From: an uncultured Flavonifractor sp.
GTDB lineage: Bacteria > Bacillota > Clostridia > Oscillospirales > Oscillospiraceae
Assembly: GCA_944385585.1 (NCBI GenBank)
Contig: CALWXU010000002.1
Span: 3,927-67,926 of the forward strand
Direction: 5' to 3'
Length of the DNA stretch: 64,000 bases
In this document: positions 27,067 through 36,972 of the stretch, in pieces
Numbering within the stretch: the first letter of the stretch is position 1
How the letters are laid out: every line of letters begins with the position of its first letter
Made by a program: the position numbers and the translations under genes
The notes under the pieces: model-generated
What the model was told of the DNA's origin: nothing
The model's database searches: none
The model's input: only the letters and a program-made list of their open reading frames with translations

Positions 27067-28104
27067 GTGACCAGACAGATTTCCGTGGGCGGCGTCCCCC
27101 TTGGGGGCGGCGCCCCTGTCACCATTCAGTCCATGACCAACACCCGCACCGACGACGTGGCGGCCACGGTGGAGCAGATCAACCGTCTGGCCGCCGCCGG
27201 CTGTCAGATCGTCCGGGTGGCGGTGCCGGACATGGCCGCGGCAAAAGCCGTGGGGGCCATCAAGGCGCAGATCCCAATCCCTTTGGTGGTGGACATCCAC
27301 TTCGACTACAGGCTGGCCCTGGAGTGTGTGGACGCCGGGTGCGACAAGGTGCGCATCAACCCGGGCAACATCGGCGGGGAGGATAAGGTGCGGCAGGTGG
27401 CGGACGCCTGCCGCCGGAGGGGCATCCCCATCCGCATCGGGGTCAACGGAGGCTCCCTGGAAAAGCCCATCCTGGCCAGGTACGGCGGCGCCACGCCGGA
27501 GGCCCTGGTGGAATCCGCCTTCGGGCACATCCGGCTGCTGGAGAAGTTCGACTTCACCGACATCTGCGTGTCCCTCAAGTCCTCCAGCGTGCCGGTCACC
27601 ATGGCCGCCTACCGCCTGATGCGCGAGAAAAGCGACTACCCGCTGCACCTGGGCGTCACCGAGACGGGCACCCCCCGCATGGGGGTGCTCAAGTCCGCTG
27701 TGGGCATCGGCGGCCTGCTGGCCCTGGGCATCGGGGACACCGTGCGGGTGTCCCTCTCCGCCGACCCGGTGGAGGAGGTGTACGCCGCCAAGGATATCCT
27801 GAGGGCCGCCGGGGTGCGGCGGGACGGGCCGGAGCTGGTGGCCTGTCCCACCTGCGGCCGCACCCGCATCGACCTCATCGGCCTGGCCAATGAGGTGGAG
27901 CGGCGGCTGAAAGACGTGGACAAGCCCATCACCGTGGCGGTGATGGGCTGCGCGGTCAACGGTCCCGGCGAGGCCTCCGCTGCCGACGTGGGCATTGCCG
28001 GTGGGGCGGGGGAGGGCCTGCTCTTCCGCCGGGGCGAGATTGTAAAGAAGGTGCCCCAGGAGGCGCTGGTGGACGAGCTGTTCGCACTGATTGAGGAACT
28101 GTGA
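27067..28104 (+). CDS. ispG: HMBPP synthase
   Basis: IQSMTNT, DIHFDY, RINPGNIG, CPTCGR, VMGCAVNGPGE. Confidence 0.96.
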   Translation: MTRQISVGGVPLGGGAPVTIQSMTNTRTDDVAATVEQINRLAAAGCQIVRVAVPDMAAAKAVGAIKAQIPIPLVVDIHFDYRLALECVDAGCDKVRINPGNIGGEDKVRQVADACRRRGIPIRIGVNGGSLEKPILARYGGATPEALVESAFGHIRLLEKFDFTDICVSLKSSSVPVTMAAYRLMREKSDYPLHLGVTETGTPRMGVLKSAVGIGGLLALGIGDTVRVSLSADPVEEVYAAKDILRAAGVRRDGPELVACPTCGRTRIDLIGLANEVERRLKDVDKPITVAVMGCAVNGPGEASAADVGIAGGAGEGLLFRRGEIVKKVPQEALVDELFALIEEL

Positions 28105-28123
28105 CATAGGAGCGTTATCAAGC

Positions 28124-31100
28124 ATGGCAGAAGCACAGAAGATCCCTTTTTTGAGATTGTTCTCCGCCTGGCGGCCGCCGGCGGAGCTGGCCGCCCTGGC
28201 AGAGCAGTACCTGGTGACCCGGGCGGTGATCGACAAGGCCTCCCGCTCCATCCGGGCGGAGGTGGAGTGCGCCCGGATGCCGGACGACGGCCTGCGGCGC
28301 CAGATCGAGCGGAGCCTGGCCCTGGCCTACCGGGTGGAGAGGGTGGAACTGGACATGGCGGGGACGCCCGTCCCGGCCCCGGAGGCCCCAGCCCGCCCGG
28401 CGGCGCCCCTGGAGCGGATGGCCGCCCCGGCGGTGCCGGCTGGCGGCGCGCCGGCGGCCCCACCGGCGGACGACCCCCAGGCAGCCTTCCGGCGGACGGA
28501 GGAGATCCGCAGAAAGGCCCTGGCGGGCCTGAAGGCCGCCAGGCCCCGGGAGAAAAAGCCCTCCGGCGGCCCCTCTAAGGGGAAGCTGATCTACGGCCGC
28601 CACGAGATCAAGAAGCAGCCAGACCCCATGTCGCTCCTGGAGCTGGACATGGGCACTGTCGTCGTGGAGGGGGACGTGTTCGCCATTGACCACCGGGAGC
28701 TGAAAAAGCGGGGGGCCTGGGTGGTGTGCTTCGACATGACCGACTACACCGGCTCGGTGCGGGTGTCCAAGTTCTTCCCCGGCGAGGAGGGCAAGCCCAT
28801 CGTGGACGGGGTGAAGAAGGGGCAGCGCCTGCTGGTGCAGGGCAAGCTGAACATCGACCGCTTCACCGGCGACATGGTGCTGGAGCCCTACGCCATCATG
28901 GAGGGCACCAGGAAGGCCAAGACCGACGACGCCCCGGAGAAGCGGGTGGAGCTGCACCTACATACCACCATGTCCTCCATGGACGCCCTGACCCAGGTGA
29001 GCCCCAAGGCGGGGCCGGACAAGAACGTGGTCAAGCGGGCGGAGGCCTGGGGGCACCGGGCCATCGCCATCACCGACCACGGGGTGGTGCAGGCCTTCCC
29101 CGACGCCTGGCACTCGGCCAAGAACATCAAGGTGCTCTACGGCGTGGAGGCCTACTTCATCAACGACGTGGACGACCGGGTGGCCATCCACGGGGAGGGG
29201 GACCAGGGCTTCGACGGGGAGATCGTCTGCTTTGACATCGAGACCACCGGCCTGGACAACCGGCGGGACGTGATCACCGAAATCGGCGCGGTGGTGCTGA
29301 AAAACGGGGAGATCACCGAGAAATTCACCACCTTTGCTGACCCGGAGCGGCCCCTGACCCGGGAGATCACCGAGCTGACCGGCATCACCGACCAGATGCT
29401 GGAGGGGGCCCCCTCCCAGGCGGAGGCCATCAACGCCTTCCTGGACTTCGTGGGGGACCGGCCCCTGGCCGCCCACAACGCGGAGTTCGACCTGGGCTTC
29501 ATCGCTGCGGGCTGCCGCCGCATGGGCCGCCCCTTCGAGCCCACCTCCATCGACACCCTGATCCTGGCCCAGAACCTGCTGCCGGAGCTGGGCAAGCACA
29601 AGCTGGACATCGTGGCCGGGCACCTGAACCTGCCCGCCTTCAACCACCACCGGGCCTACGACGATGCGGCCACGGTGGGCTACATGCTGGTGCCCTTTTT
29701 CCAGATGCTGCGGGACCAGGGGGTGACCACCCTGCAGCAGGTCAACCCGGCCATGGCCAAGCTGCGCTCCGGCGGCAAGGCCCGCCGCCAGCCCAAGCAC
29801 CTGATCATCCTGGCCAAAAACCAGCTGGGCCTGCGCAACCTGTACCAGCTCATCTCCGCCTCCCACCTGGAGCACTTCCGGCGCTATCCCATCATGCCCA
29901 AGAGCCTGATCAACCAGCACCGGGAGGGGCTGATCATCGGCTCGGCCTGCGAGGCCGGCGAGCTGTTCCAGGCGGTGGTGAAGCGGAAGGACTTCGCCGA
30001 GCTCAAGCGCATCGCCTCCTGGTACGACTTTCTGGAGATCCAGCCCCTGTGCAACAACGCCTTCATGCTGCGCAAGGGGATGGTGCACAGCCAGGAGGAG
30101 CTGAAAGACTTCAACCGTACCATCGTGGCCCTGGGAGAGGCCCTGGACAAGCCGGTGTGCGCCACCGGCGACGTCCACTTCCTGGACCCGGAGGAGGAGA
30201 TCTACCGCCACGTGCTGCTGGCCTCCAAGGGCTTTGAGGACGCGGATTCCGACCTGCCCATCTACTTCAAGACCACCACCGAGATGCTGGAGGAGTTCGC
30301 CTACCTGGGGAAGGAGAAGGCCTACGAGGTGGTGGTGCGCAACACCAACCTGGTGGCCGACTGGTGCGAGGACGTGGTGCCCCTGCCCAAGGGCCTGTTC
30401 GCCCCCAAGATCGAGAACTCGGCGGAGGAGCTGACCCGGCTGGTGTGGGGCAAGGCCAGGGCCCTTTACGGGGAGGAGCCGCCCCGGATCGTGGTGGACC
30501 GCATCAACGCCGAGCTGGGGGACATCATCCAGTGCAAGTACGACGTGATCTACATGTCCGCCCAGAAGCTGGTGCAGGACTCTCTGGAGCACGGCTACCT
30601 GGTGGGCTCCCGGGGCTCGGTGGGCTCCTCCCTGGTGGCCTTCCTGTCTGGCATCACCGAGGTCAACTCCCTGCCGCCCCATTACCGCTGCCCCAAGTGC
30701 AAGCACTCCGACTTCGAGGCGGCCAGGGAGCTGGGCATCGGCTGCGGCGCGGACATGCCGGACGCGGTGTGCCCGGTGTGCGGCGCCCCCTACGAGAAGG
30801 ACGGCTTCAACATCCCCTTTGAGACCTTCCTGGGCTTCGGCGGCGACAAGGTGCCGGACATCGACCTGAACTTCTCCGGCGAATACCAGGCCAACGCCCA
30901 CCGTTATACCTTCGAGCTGTTCGGCCAGACCCACGTGTTCCGGGCGGGCACCATCGGCACCGTGGCGGAAAAGACCGCCTTCGGCTACGTCAAGAAGTAC
31001 ATGGAGGAGCGGGGGATGCACATCAGCCGGGCGGAGGAAAACCGCCTGGCCCAGGGCTGCACCGGCGTCAAGCGCACCACCGGACAGCACCCCGGCGGCA

Positions 31101-32290
31101 TGGTGGTCATCCCCCAGAACCGGGAGATCTACGACTTCTGCCCGGTGCAGCACCCCGCCGACGACCCCAACAGCGACATCATCACCACCCATTTCGAATA
31201 TCACTCCATGGAGTCCAACCTGCTGAAGCTGGACATGCTGGGCCACGACGACCCCACCATGATCCGGATGCTCCAGGACCTGACCGGCGTGGACCCCCAG
31301 AAGATCCCCCTGGACGACCGGGACACCATGAGCATCTTCACCTCCTCCAAGGTGCTGGGCTTTGAGAACGACCCCATCCTGGGACCCACCGGCGCCGTGG
31401 CCATTCCGGAGTTCAACACCCGCTTCACCCGGGGGATGCTGGTGGACACCCAGCCCCACCAGTTTGACATCCTGCTCCGCCTGTCCGGCTTCTCCCACGG
31501 CACCGACGTGTGGCTGGGCAACGCCCGGGACCTGATTGTGGAACAGGGCATCCCCGTCGGTGAGGCCATCGGCTGCCGGGACGACATCATGCTCTTCCTG
31601 ATCTCCAAGGGGATGCCGGAGAAGCGGGCCTTCAAGATCATGGAGGCGGTGCGCAAGGGCAGGGGCCTGCCCGATGGGGCGGAGGAGGAGATGAAGGCCG
31701 CCGGCGTGCCCGACTGGTACATCGAATCCTGTAAGAAGATCAAATACCTGTTTCCCAAGGCCCACGCCGTGGCCTACGTGATGATGGCCTTCCGCATCGC
31801 CTGGTTCAAGGTCCACCGGCCGCTGGCGTTTTACGCCGCCTTCTTCTCCATCCGGGCCAAGGCCTTTGACGCCACCTTCATGTGCCAGGGCATGGACGTG
31901 TGCAAGGCCAAGATGAAGGAGATCGAGGCCAAGGAGAAGCCCACCCCGGTGGAGGAGGACATCCTGGTCACCCTGGAGGTGGTGTACGAGTTCTATCTCC
32001 GGGGCTTCACCTTTGAAAAGATGGACCTCTACCGCTCCCACGCGGTGAACTTCCTGCCAGACAATGAGAAGAACAGCCTGCTGCCCCCCTTCACCTCCGT
32101 GCCCGGCCTGGGGGAGACGGCGGCCTGGTCCATCATGGAGCAGCGGGAGGGGAAGCAGTTCATCTCCATCGAGGAGTTCTCCGCCGCCTGTCCCAAGGTG
32201 TCCAAGACCCACATCGAGCAGCTGAAGGCCGCCGGCGCCCTGGACGGCATGCCCGACACCAGCCAGATTACCCTGTTCGACGGGTTTTAG
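28124..32290 (+). CDS. polC: DNA polymerase III PolC
   Basis: PHP (ELHLHT, AITDHG), exonuclease (FDIETTG, AHNAEFD, HHRAYDDA), SRGSVGSS, PDIDLNF, C-terminal QITLF clamp motif. Confidence 0.97.
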   Translation: MAEAQKIPFLRLFSAWRPPAELAALAEQYLVTRAVIDKASRSIRAEVECARMPDDGLRRQIERSLALAYRVERVELDMAGTPVPAPEAPARPAAPLERMAAPAVPAGGAPAAPPADDPQAAFRRTEEIRRKALAGLKAARPREKKPSGGPSKGKLIYGRHEIKKQPDPMSLLELDMGTVVVEGDVFAIDHRELKKRGAWVVCFDMTDYTGSVRVSKFFPGEEGKPIVDGVKKGQRLLVQGKLNIDRFTGDMVLEPYAIMEGTRKAKTDDAPEKRVELHLHTTMSSMDALTQVSPKAGPDKNVVKRAEAWGHRAIAITDHGVVQAFPDAWHSAKNIKVLYGVEAYFINDVDDRVAIHGEGDQGFDGEIVCFDIETTGLDNRRDVITEIGAVVLKNGEITEKFTTFADPERPLTREITELTGITDQMLEGAPSQAEAINAFLDFVGDRPLAAHNAEFDLGFIAAGCRRMGRPFEPTSIDTLILAQNLLPELGKHKLDIVAGHLNLPAFNHHRAYDDAATVGYMLVPFFQMLRDQGVTTLQQVNPAMAKLRSGGKARRQPKHLIILAKNQLGLRNLYQLISASHLEHFRRYPIMPKSLINQHREGLIIGSACEAGELFQAVVKRKDFAELKRIASWYDFLEIQPLCNNAFMLRKGMVHSQEELKDFNRTIVALGEALDKPVCATGDVHFLDPEEEIYRHVLLASKGFEDADSDLPIYFKTTTEMLEEFAYLGKEKAYEVVVRNTNLVADWCEDVVPLPKGLFAPKIENSAEELTRLVWGKARALYGEEPPRIVVDRINAELGDIIQCKYDVIYMSAQKLVQDSLEHGYLVGSRGSVGSSLVAFLSGITEVNSLPPHYRCPKCKHSDFEAARELGIGCGADMPDAVCPVCGAPYEKDGFNIPFETFLGFGGDKVPDIDLNFSGEYQANAHRYTFELFGQTHVFRAGTIGTVAEKTAFGYVKKYMEERGMHISRAEENRLAQGCTGVKRTTGQHPGGMVVIPQNREIYDFCPVQHPADDPNSDIITTHFEYHSMESNLLKLDMLGHDDPTMIRMLQDLTGVDPQKIPLDDRDTMSIFTSSKVLGFENDPILGPTGAVAIPEFNTRFTRGMLVDTQPHQFDILLRLSGFSHGTDVWLGNARDLIVEQGIPVGEAIGCRDDIMLFLISKGMPEKRAFKIMEAVRKGRGLPDGAEEEMKAAGVPDWYIESCKKIKYLFPKAHAVAYVMMAFRIAWFKVHRPLAFYAAFFSIRAKAFDATFMCQGMDVCKAKMKEIEAKEKPTPVEEDILVTLEVVYEFYLRGFTFEKMDLYRSHAVNFLPDNEKNSLLPPFTSVPGLGETAAWSIMEQREGKQFISIEEFSAACPKVSKTHIEQLKAAGALDGMPDTSQITLFDGF

Positions 32291-32479
32291 CGGGCATGCC
32301 GTCCCCCGCCGCGTCAGCGGCGTCCAAGTGTTTTGCCGGAGGCAAAACCTTGATGACAGGCAAATTCAGTTCGCCTGTCAGATGGAGTGAAACGGGACCC
32401 CACGCGAGGGGCGCCCTCGCGTGGGCCATGCCAGACACCAGCCAGATTACCCTGTTTGACGGGCTGCTTTAAGCGGGCA
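32248..32479 (+). repeat. Direct repeat of the polC 3' end flanking a 130-bp multi-hairpin element
   Basis: CATGCCCGACACCAGCCAGATTACCCTGTTCGACGGG from 32248 vs CATGCCAGACACCAGCCAGATTACCCTGTTTGACGGG from 32427, both followed closely by GCGGGCA; three hairpins in between. Confidence 0.85.
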
Positions 32480-32575
32480 GAGATTTCCTCCGGCCAATCC
32501 CGCTGATTTCGGTTGTCAACCAAGAAAATCCGTGCTATGCTTGACTTACTGACAAGAAAGAAGGAGTGACAGCAC

Positions 32576-33088
32576 ATGCTGGACAAGAAAGTCGCCGAGC
32601 TGCTCAACGAGCAGATCAACAAGGAGCTCTACTCCGCCTACCTCTACCTGGAGTTCTCCGCCTATTTTGAGGACGAGGGGCTGGACGGCTTCTCCAACTG
32701 GTACAAGGTACAGGCCCAGGAGGAGCGGGACCACGCCATGCTCATGTTCCAGTACCTGCAGAATAACAGCGTGCGCCCGGTGCTGGAGACGGTGAACAAG
32801 CCGGAGAGCGCCCCCGATGACCGGATGCAGGTGCTCCAGGCCGGCCTGGCCCATGAGCGGTATGTCACCGGCCTGATCCACGCCATCTACGACGCGGCTT
32901 ACAGCGTCAAGGACTTCCGCACCATGCAGTTCCTGGACTGGTTCGTCAAGGAGCAGGGCGAGGAGGAAAAGAACGCCGAGGACCTCATCAAGAAAATGGA
33001 GCTCTATGGCGATGACGCCAAGGGGCTGTATATGCTCAACAGCGAGCTGGCTGGCCGCACCTATGCCGCGCCCAGCCTGACCCTGTAA
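32576..33088 (+). CDS. ftnA: Non-heme ferritin
   Basis: NEQINKELYSAYLY, QAQEERDHA, FLDWFVKEQGEEE. Confidence 0.95.
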   Translation: MLDKKVAELLNEQINKELYSAYLYLEFSAYFEDEGLDGFSNWYKVQAQEERDHAMLMFQYLQNNSVRPVLETVNKPESAPDDRMQVLQAGLAHERYVTGLIHAIYDAAYSVKDFRTMQFLDWFVKEQGEEEKNAEDLIKKMELYGDDAKGLYMLNSELAGRTYAAPSLTL

Positions 33089-33102
33089 GCAAAGCTGCAC
33101 CG

Positions 33103-33134
33103 ACAGCCCCCATCTGTTCCGATGGGGGCTGTTT
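33103..33134 (+). terminator. Intrinsic terminator
   Basis: ACAGCCCCCATC/GATGGGGGCTGT stem. Confidence 0.75.
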
Positions 33135-33144
33135 CATCTGACGG

Positions 33145-33195
33145 TTGACAGGAGTGAGATAATATAGTATATTAGCGTAGTAGCGTGATAAAGTA
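33145..33195 (+). promoter_or_regulatory. his operon SigA promoter with overlapping HisR-like operator
   Basis: TTGACA-N17-TATATT followed by TAGCGTAG TAGCGTGA TAAAGTA 8-bp periodic units. Confidence 0.65.
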
Positions 33196-33209
33196 AAGGG
33201 GGACCCCCA

Positions 33210-34379
33210 ATGAGATCTACCATCCACACGCCGGAGGGGACGCGGGACCGGCTGTTCGCCGAGTGCCGGGCCCGCCGGCGGGCCCGGCAGGCCCTGACGG
33301 AGCTGTTCCAGAGCCGGGGTTACGGAGAGGTCAGCACTCCGGAGGTGGAGTTCTACGACCTGTTTCTCCAGTCGGGCAGTCCGCTGCCCCAGGAGGCCAT
33401 GCTGAAGATCATCGACCGGGGCGGCAGGATCATGGTGATGCGGCCTGACTGCACCACACCCATCGCCCGGGTGGCGGCCACCAAGCTGAAAAGCCTGCCC
33501 CTGCCCCAGCGGCTGTACTACGACCAGACGGTATTCCGCTCCGGCGACGCCCACCGGGGGGGCAGCAGCGAGATCGCCCAGTGCGGCGTGGAGCTCATCG
33601 GCGCCGCCGGGGCCAAGGCGGATCTGGAGATGGTGGCCCTGGCGGTGGACGCCCTGCGCGCCTGCGGGCTGACCGGCTTCCACGTGGAGCTGGGCCACGC
33701 CGGCTTTTTCAAGGATCTGGCCGCCCGGATGGAGATGGACGAGGACGAGGTGGAGCGGATGCGCGCCCTCATCGAGGGCAAGAACTTCGCCGCCCTCAAC
33801 GACCTGCTGGAGCCCTACGGGGACCGGCCGGCCTGCAAGGCCCTGCGCCGGCTGTCCCGCCTGTTCGGCGGGGTGGAGGTGCTGGACGAGGCGGAGGCGC
33901 TGGCCGGAAGCCACCCGGCCCTGACCTACCTCCGGGATCTGTACCGGGAGCTGGAGGCGGCCGGCTACGGAACATGGATTCGCTTTGACCTGGGGCTGGT
34001 CCACCAGATCGACTACTACACCGGCGTGGTGTTCCGGGGCTACGCCGACGGGGCGGGGAACGCGGTGCTCTCCGGCGGCCGGTACGACGGCCTCACCGCC
34101 GCCTTTGGCCGGAGCGCCCCCGCCACCGGCTTCGCCGTGGACGCGGACGCGGTGGCTGGCTGCCTGCCGCCGGAGGAGTCCCCCCGGCTGGAGCTGCTGG
34201 TCCACTTTGAGGCTGGGCAGCTCTCCTGGGCCCTGTCCGCCCTGGAGGGGGCGGCCGGCGGCCGGCGGGAGCTGTCCCCCTGCGGGACGCTGGAGGAGAC
34301 GATGTCCCTGGCGAGAGAGCGGGGGGCCGCCGGGGTGCTCACCCTGGAAAACGGCGCGGAAAGGCTGGTGCGGCTATGA
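33210..34379 (+). CDS. hisZ: ATP phosphoribosyltransferase regulatory subunit
   Basis: TPEGTRD, MRPDCTTPIAR, QCGVELIG, YYTGVVF, SGGRYD. Confidence 0.93.
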   Translation: MRSTIHTPEGTRDRLFAECRARRRARQALTELFQSRGYGEVSTPEVEFYDLFLQSGSPLPQEAMLKIIDRGGRIMVMRPDCTTPIARVAATKLKSLPLPQRLYYDQTVFRSGDAHRGGSSEIAQCGVELIGAAGAKADLEMVALAVDALRACGLTGFHVELGHAGFFKDLAARMEMDEDEVERMRALIEGKNFAALNDLLEPYGDRPACKALRRLSRLFGGVEVLDEAEALAGSHPALTYLRDLYRELEAAGYGTWIRFDLGLVHQIDYYTGVVFRGYADGAGNAVLSGGRYDGLTAAFGRSAPATGFAVDADAVAGCLPPEESPRLELLVHFEAGQLSWALSALEGAAGGRRELSPCGTLEETMSLARERGAAGVLTLENGAERLVRL

Positions 34380-35029
34380 GCGAGAACCGGGAACACCGTC
34401 TGCGCATCGCCCTGACCAAGGGGCGGCTGCTGGACAAGAGCGTGGAGCTGTTCACCGCCATGGGCCTGGACTGCACCCCCATTGAACACCCCGGCCGGCG
34501 GCTGGTCCACGCCATCCCCAACTACCCCCTGGACGCGGTGCTGGCCAAGGCCCCCGACGTGATCACCTACGTGGAGCACGGGGTGTGCGACCTGGGGGTC
34601 GTGGGCAAGGACACCATCCTGGAGCAGGGCCGCACCTTCTACGAGGTGCTGGACCTGGGCTTCGGCAGGTGCCGGTTTGCCCTGGCGGTGAAGGAGGGGA
34701 GCGACTTCTACGGCACCTACAGGACCCGGCGCATCGCCAGCAAATACCCCAACGTGGCCCGCGCCTTTTTTGAGAAGAAGGGCATGGACGTGGACATCAT
34801 CAAAATCGAGGGCTCGGTGGAGCTGGCCCCCATCCTGGGCCTGGCCGACGCCATCGTGGACATTGTGGAGACGGGGGCCACCCTGCGGGAGAACGGGCTG
34901 GTGCCCATTGAGGACGTGGCCCAGGTCAGCGCCCGCCTGATTGTCAACACGGCCAGCATGAAGCTGCACAAGGAGGCCATCGAGGACTTTATCGCCCGGT
35001 GCGAGGCGGAATTGGAGAGACGGACATGA
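34376..35029 (+). CDS. hisG: ATP phosphoribosyltransferase (short form)
   Basis: IALTKGRL, GSVELAP, IVDIVETGATL. Confidence 0.96.
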   Translation: MSENREHRLRIALTKGRLLDKSVELFTAMGLDCTPIEHPGRRLVHAIPNYPLDAVLAKAPDVITYVEHGVCDLGVVGKDTILEQGRTFYEVLDLGFGRCRFALAVKEGSDFYGTYRTRRIASKYPNVARAFFEKKGMDVDIIKIEGSVELAPILGLADAIVDIVETGATLRENGLVPIEDVAQVSARLIVNTASMKLHKEAIEDFIARCEAELERRT

Positions 35030-36336
35030 TTCAGATTGTGACAGCCGACGGGCGGCGGGAGCAGGAGGTGCTCCAGTCCATGCGGGCCAGGGCCGCCCGG
35101 GCGGGCGCGGAGATTGACAGGGCCGTGGCCGCCATCCTGGCGGATGTGCGGGAGAAGGGCTACCCGGCGGTGGCGGCCTATTCCAAAAGGTTTGACGGGG
35201 CGGAGCCCTATGAGATTCCGCCGGAGCGGCTGGAGGAGGCCTGCCGGGCCTGCCCCGCCGGGCTGCTCGCCGCCCTGGAGCGGGCGGCGGCCAACATCCG
35301 GGACTACAACGAGAAGCTGCTGGTGAAAAGCCAGGAGTGGCGCTCCCCCGACGGGGGCGTGGTGGGCCGGGTGGTCCGGGGCCTGGGCCGGGTGGGGATC
35401 TACGTGCCGGGCGGCACGGCCGCCTACCCCTCCTCGGTGCTGATGAACGCCGTCCCCGCCAAGGTGGCGGGGGTGGGGGAGATCGTCATGGTCACGCCGC
35501 CCACAGAGAATCTGAACGACGCGGTGCTGGCCGCGGCCAGAATCGCCGGGGTGGACCGGGTGATCGCCGTGGGCGGGGCCCAGGCGGTGGCCGCCCTGAC
35601 CTACGGCGCGGGGTTCATCCCCAGGGTGGACAAGCTGGTGGGGCCGGGCAACGCCTATGTGGCCGCCGCCAAGCGCATGGCCTACGGCCAGCTGGATATC
35701 GACATGGTGGCCGGCCCCTCCGAGGTGCTGGTGATCGCCGACGATGCCGCCGACCCCAAGCTGGCGGCCGCCGACCTGCTGAGCCAGGCGGAGCACGACC
35801 GGCTGGCCTCCGCCGTGCTGCTCACCACCAGCCGGGCCCTGGCGGAGGCGGTGGACCGGGAGATTGTCCGCCAGACCGGCTATCTGAGCCGCAGCGAGAT
35901 CATGGAGGCCTCCCTCCGGGACTTCGGCTGCGCCATTGTGTGCGCCTCCCTGGAGGACTGCGCGGCCCTGGCAAACGAGATTGCCCCAGAGCACCTGGAG
36001 CTCATGACCGAGGACCCCAGGGCCCTGCTGCCCCGCATCCAAAACGCCGGGGCGGTGTTCCTGGGGGCCTGGTCGCCGGAGCCCCTGGGGGACTATCTGG
36101 CCGGGCCGGACCACGTGCTGCCCACCAGCGGCACCGCCCGGTTCTTCTCCCCCCTGAGCGTGGACAGCTTCCTCAAGACCATGAGTATCATCCAGTACGA
36201 CCGGGACAGTCTGGCGCCCATCCGGGGGGACATCGTCCGGTTGGCGGAGGCGGAGCACCTGACTGCCCACGCCAACTCCATCCGGGTGCGGTTTGAGGAT
36301 GTGGACGGCCCGGCAGATAAGGGGGGACACACATGA
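35026..36336 (+). CDS. hisD: Histidinol dehydrogenase
   Basis: GIYVPGG, GPGNAYV, AGPSE, SQAEHD, APEHLE. Confidence 0.96.
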   Translation: MIQIVTADGRREQEVLQSMRARAARAGAEIDRAVAAILADVREKGYPAVAAYSKRFDGAEPYEIPPERLEEACRACPAGLLAALERAAANIRDYNEKLLVKSQEWRSPDGGVVGRVVRGLGRVGIYVPGGTAAYPSSVLMNAVPAKVAGVGEIVMVTPPTENLNDAVLAAARIAGVDRVIAVGGAQAVAALTYGAGFIPRVDKLVGPGNAYVAAAKRMAYGQLDIDMVAGPSEVLVIADDAADPKLAAADLLSQAEHDRLASAVLLTTSRALAEAVDREIVRQTGYLSRSEIMEASLRDFGCAIVCASLEDCAALANEIAPEHLELMTEDPRALLPRIQNAGAVFLGAWSPEPLGDYLAGPDHVLPTSGTARFFSPLSVDSFLKTMSIIQYDRDSLAPIRGDIVRLAEAEHLTAHANSIRVRFEDVDGPADKGGHT

Positions 36337-36944
36337 ACAGCCCTGTGTACGCCAAAGGGGACGGCCCGCTCCGGGCCTACTCCATCGAGCGAAAGACAAA
36401 GGAGACCCAGATCAGCGTGAACCTCTGCCTGGACGGGGGAGAGATCCAGGTCTCCACCGGCATCGGCTTTTTTGACCACATGCTCACCGCCCTGGCCTTT
36501 TACGGCGGCTGGGGGCTGGAGCTCACCGCCCAGGGAGACCTGGAGGTGGACGGCCACCACACGGTGGAGGACGTGGGCATCGCGCTGGGCCAGGCCCTGG
36601 GTGGGGCCCTGGGAGACGGCAAGGGCATCCGCCGGTACGCCTCCGCCTGCGTCCCCATGGACGAGGCCCTGTGCTTCACCGCCCTGGACTTCTCCAGGCG
36701 GCCCTTCCTGGTGTTTGACGCCCAAATGCCCCAGCCCATGATCGGCGCCTATGACGCCTGCCTGACGGAGGAGTTCATGCGGGCCCTTGCACTGAATAGT
36801 GGATTGACTTTACATATGAGAGCGCTCTATGGAAAGAACGCCCATCACATCACCGAAGCCCTGTTCAAGTCCCTGGGCGTGGCCATCAGGGAGGCGGTGG
36901 AGGTGACCGGCACCGGCGTGACCTCCACCAAGGGGGTCCTGTGA
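36333..36944 (+). CDS. hisB: Imidazoleglycerol-phosphate dehydratase
   Basis: RKTKETQI, TGIGFFDHML, HHTVED, NAHHITE, STKGVL. Confidence 0.96.
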   Translation: MNSPVYAKGDGPLRAYSIERKTKETQISVNLCLDGGEIQVSTGIGFFDHMLTALAFYGGWGLELTAQGDLEVDGHHTVEDVGIALGQALGGALGDGKGIRRYASACVPMDEALCFTALDFSRRPFLVFDAQMPQPMIGAYDACLTEEFMRALALNSGLTLHMRALYGKNAHHITEALFKSLGVAIREAVEVTGTGVTSTKGVL

Positions 36945-36972
36945 GCGCGGAGCGGAGAGAGGGGGAGAGGAT

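Noticed and set aside
28958-32212. Very long antisense ORFs (1084 aa here; also 8388-10517, 24768-27125, 43454-46171)
   Set aside because: Shadow frames opposite well-identified genes, expected with high GC3; no recognisable motifs
28124-32290. Intein or intron in polC
   Set aside because: Length and domain order are normal; the only oddity is a Pro/Ala-rich N-terminal linker
32279-32295. Programmed frameshift from polC into the downstream ORF carrying the second clamp motif
   Set aside because: A -1 shift is needed, but GAC GGG TTT TAG is not an X XXY YYZ heptamer in the polC frame
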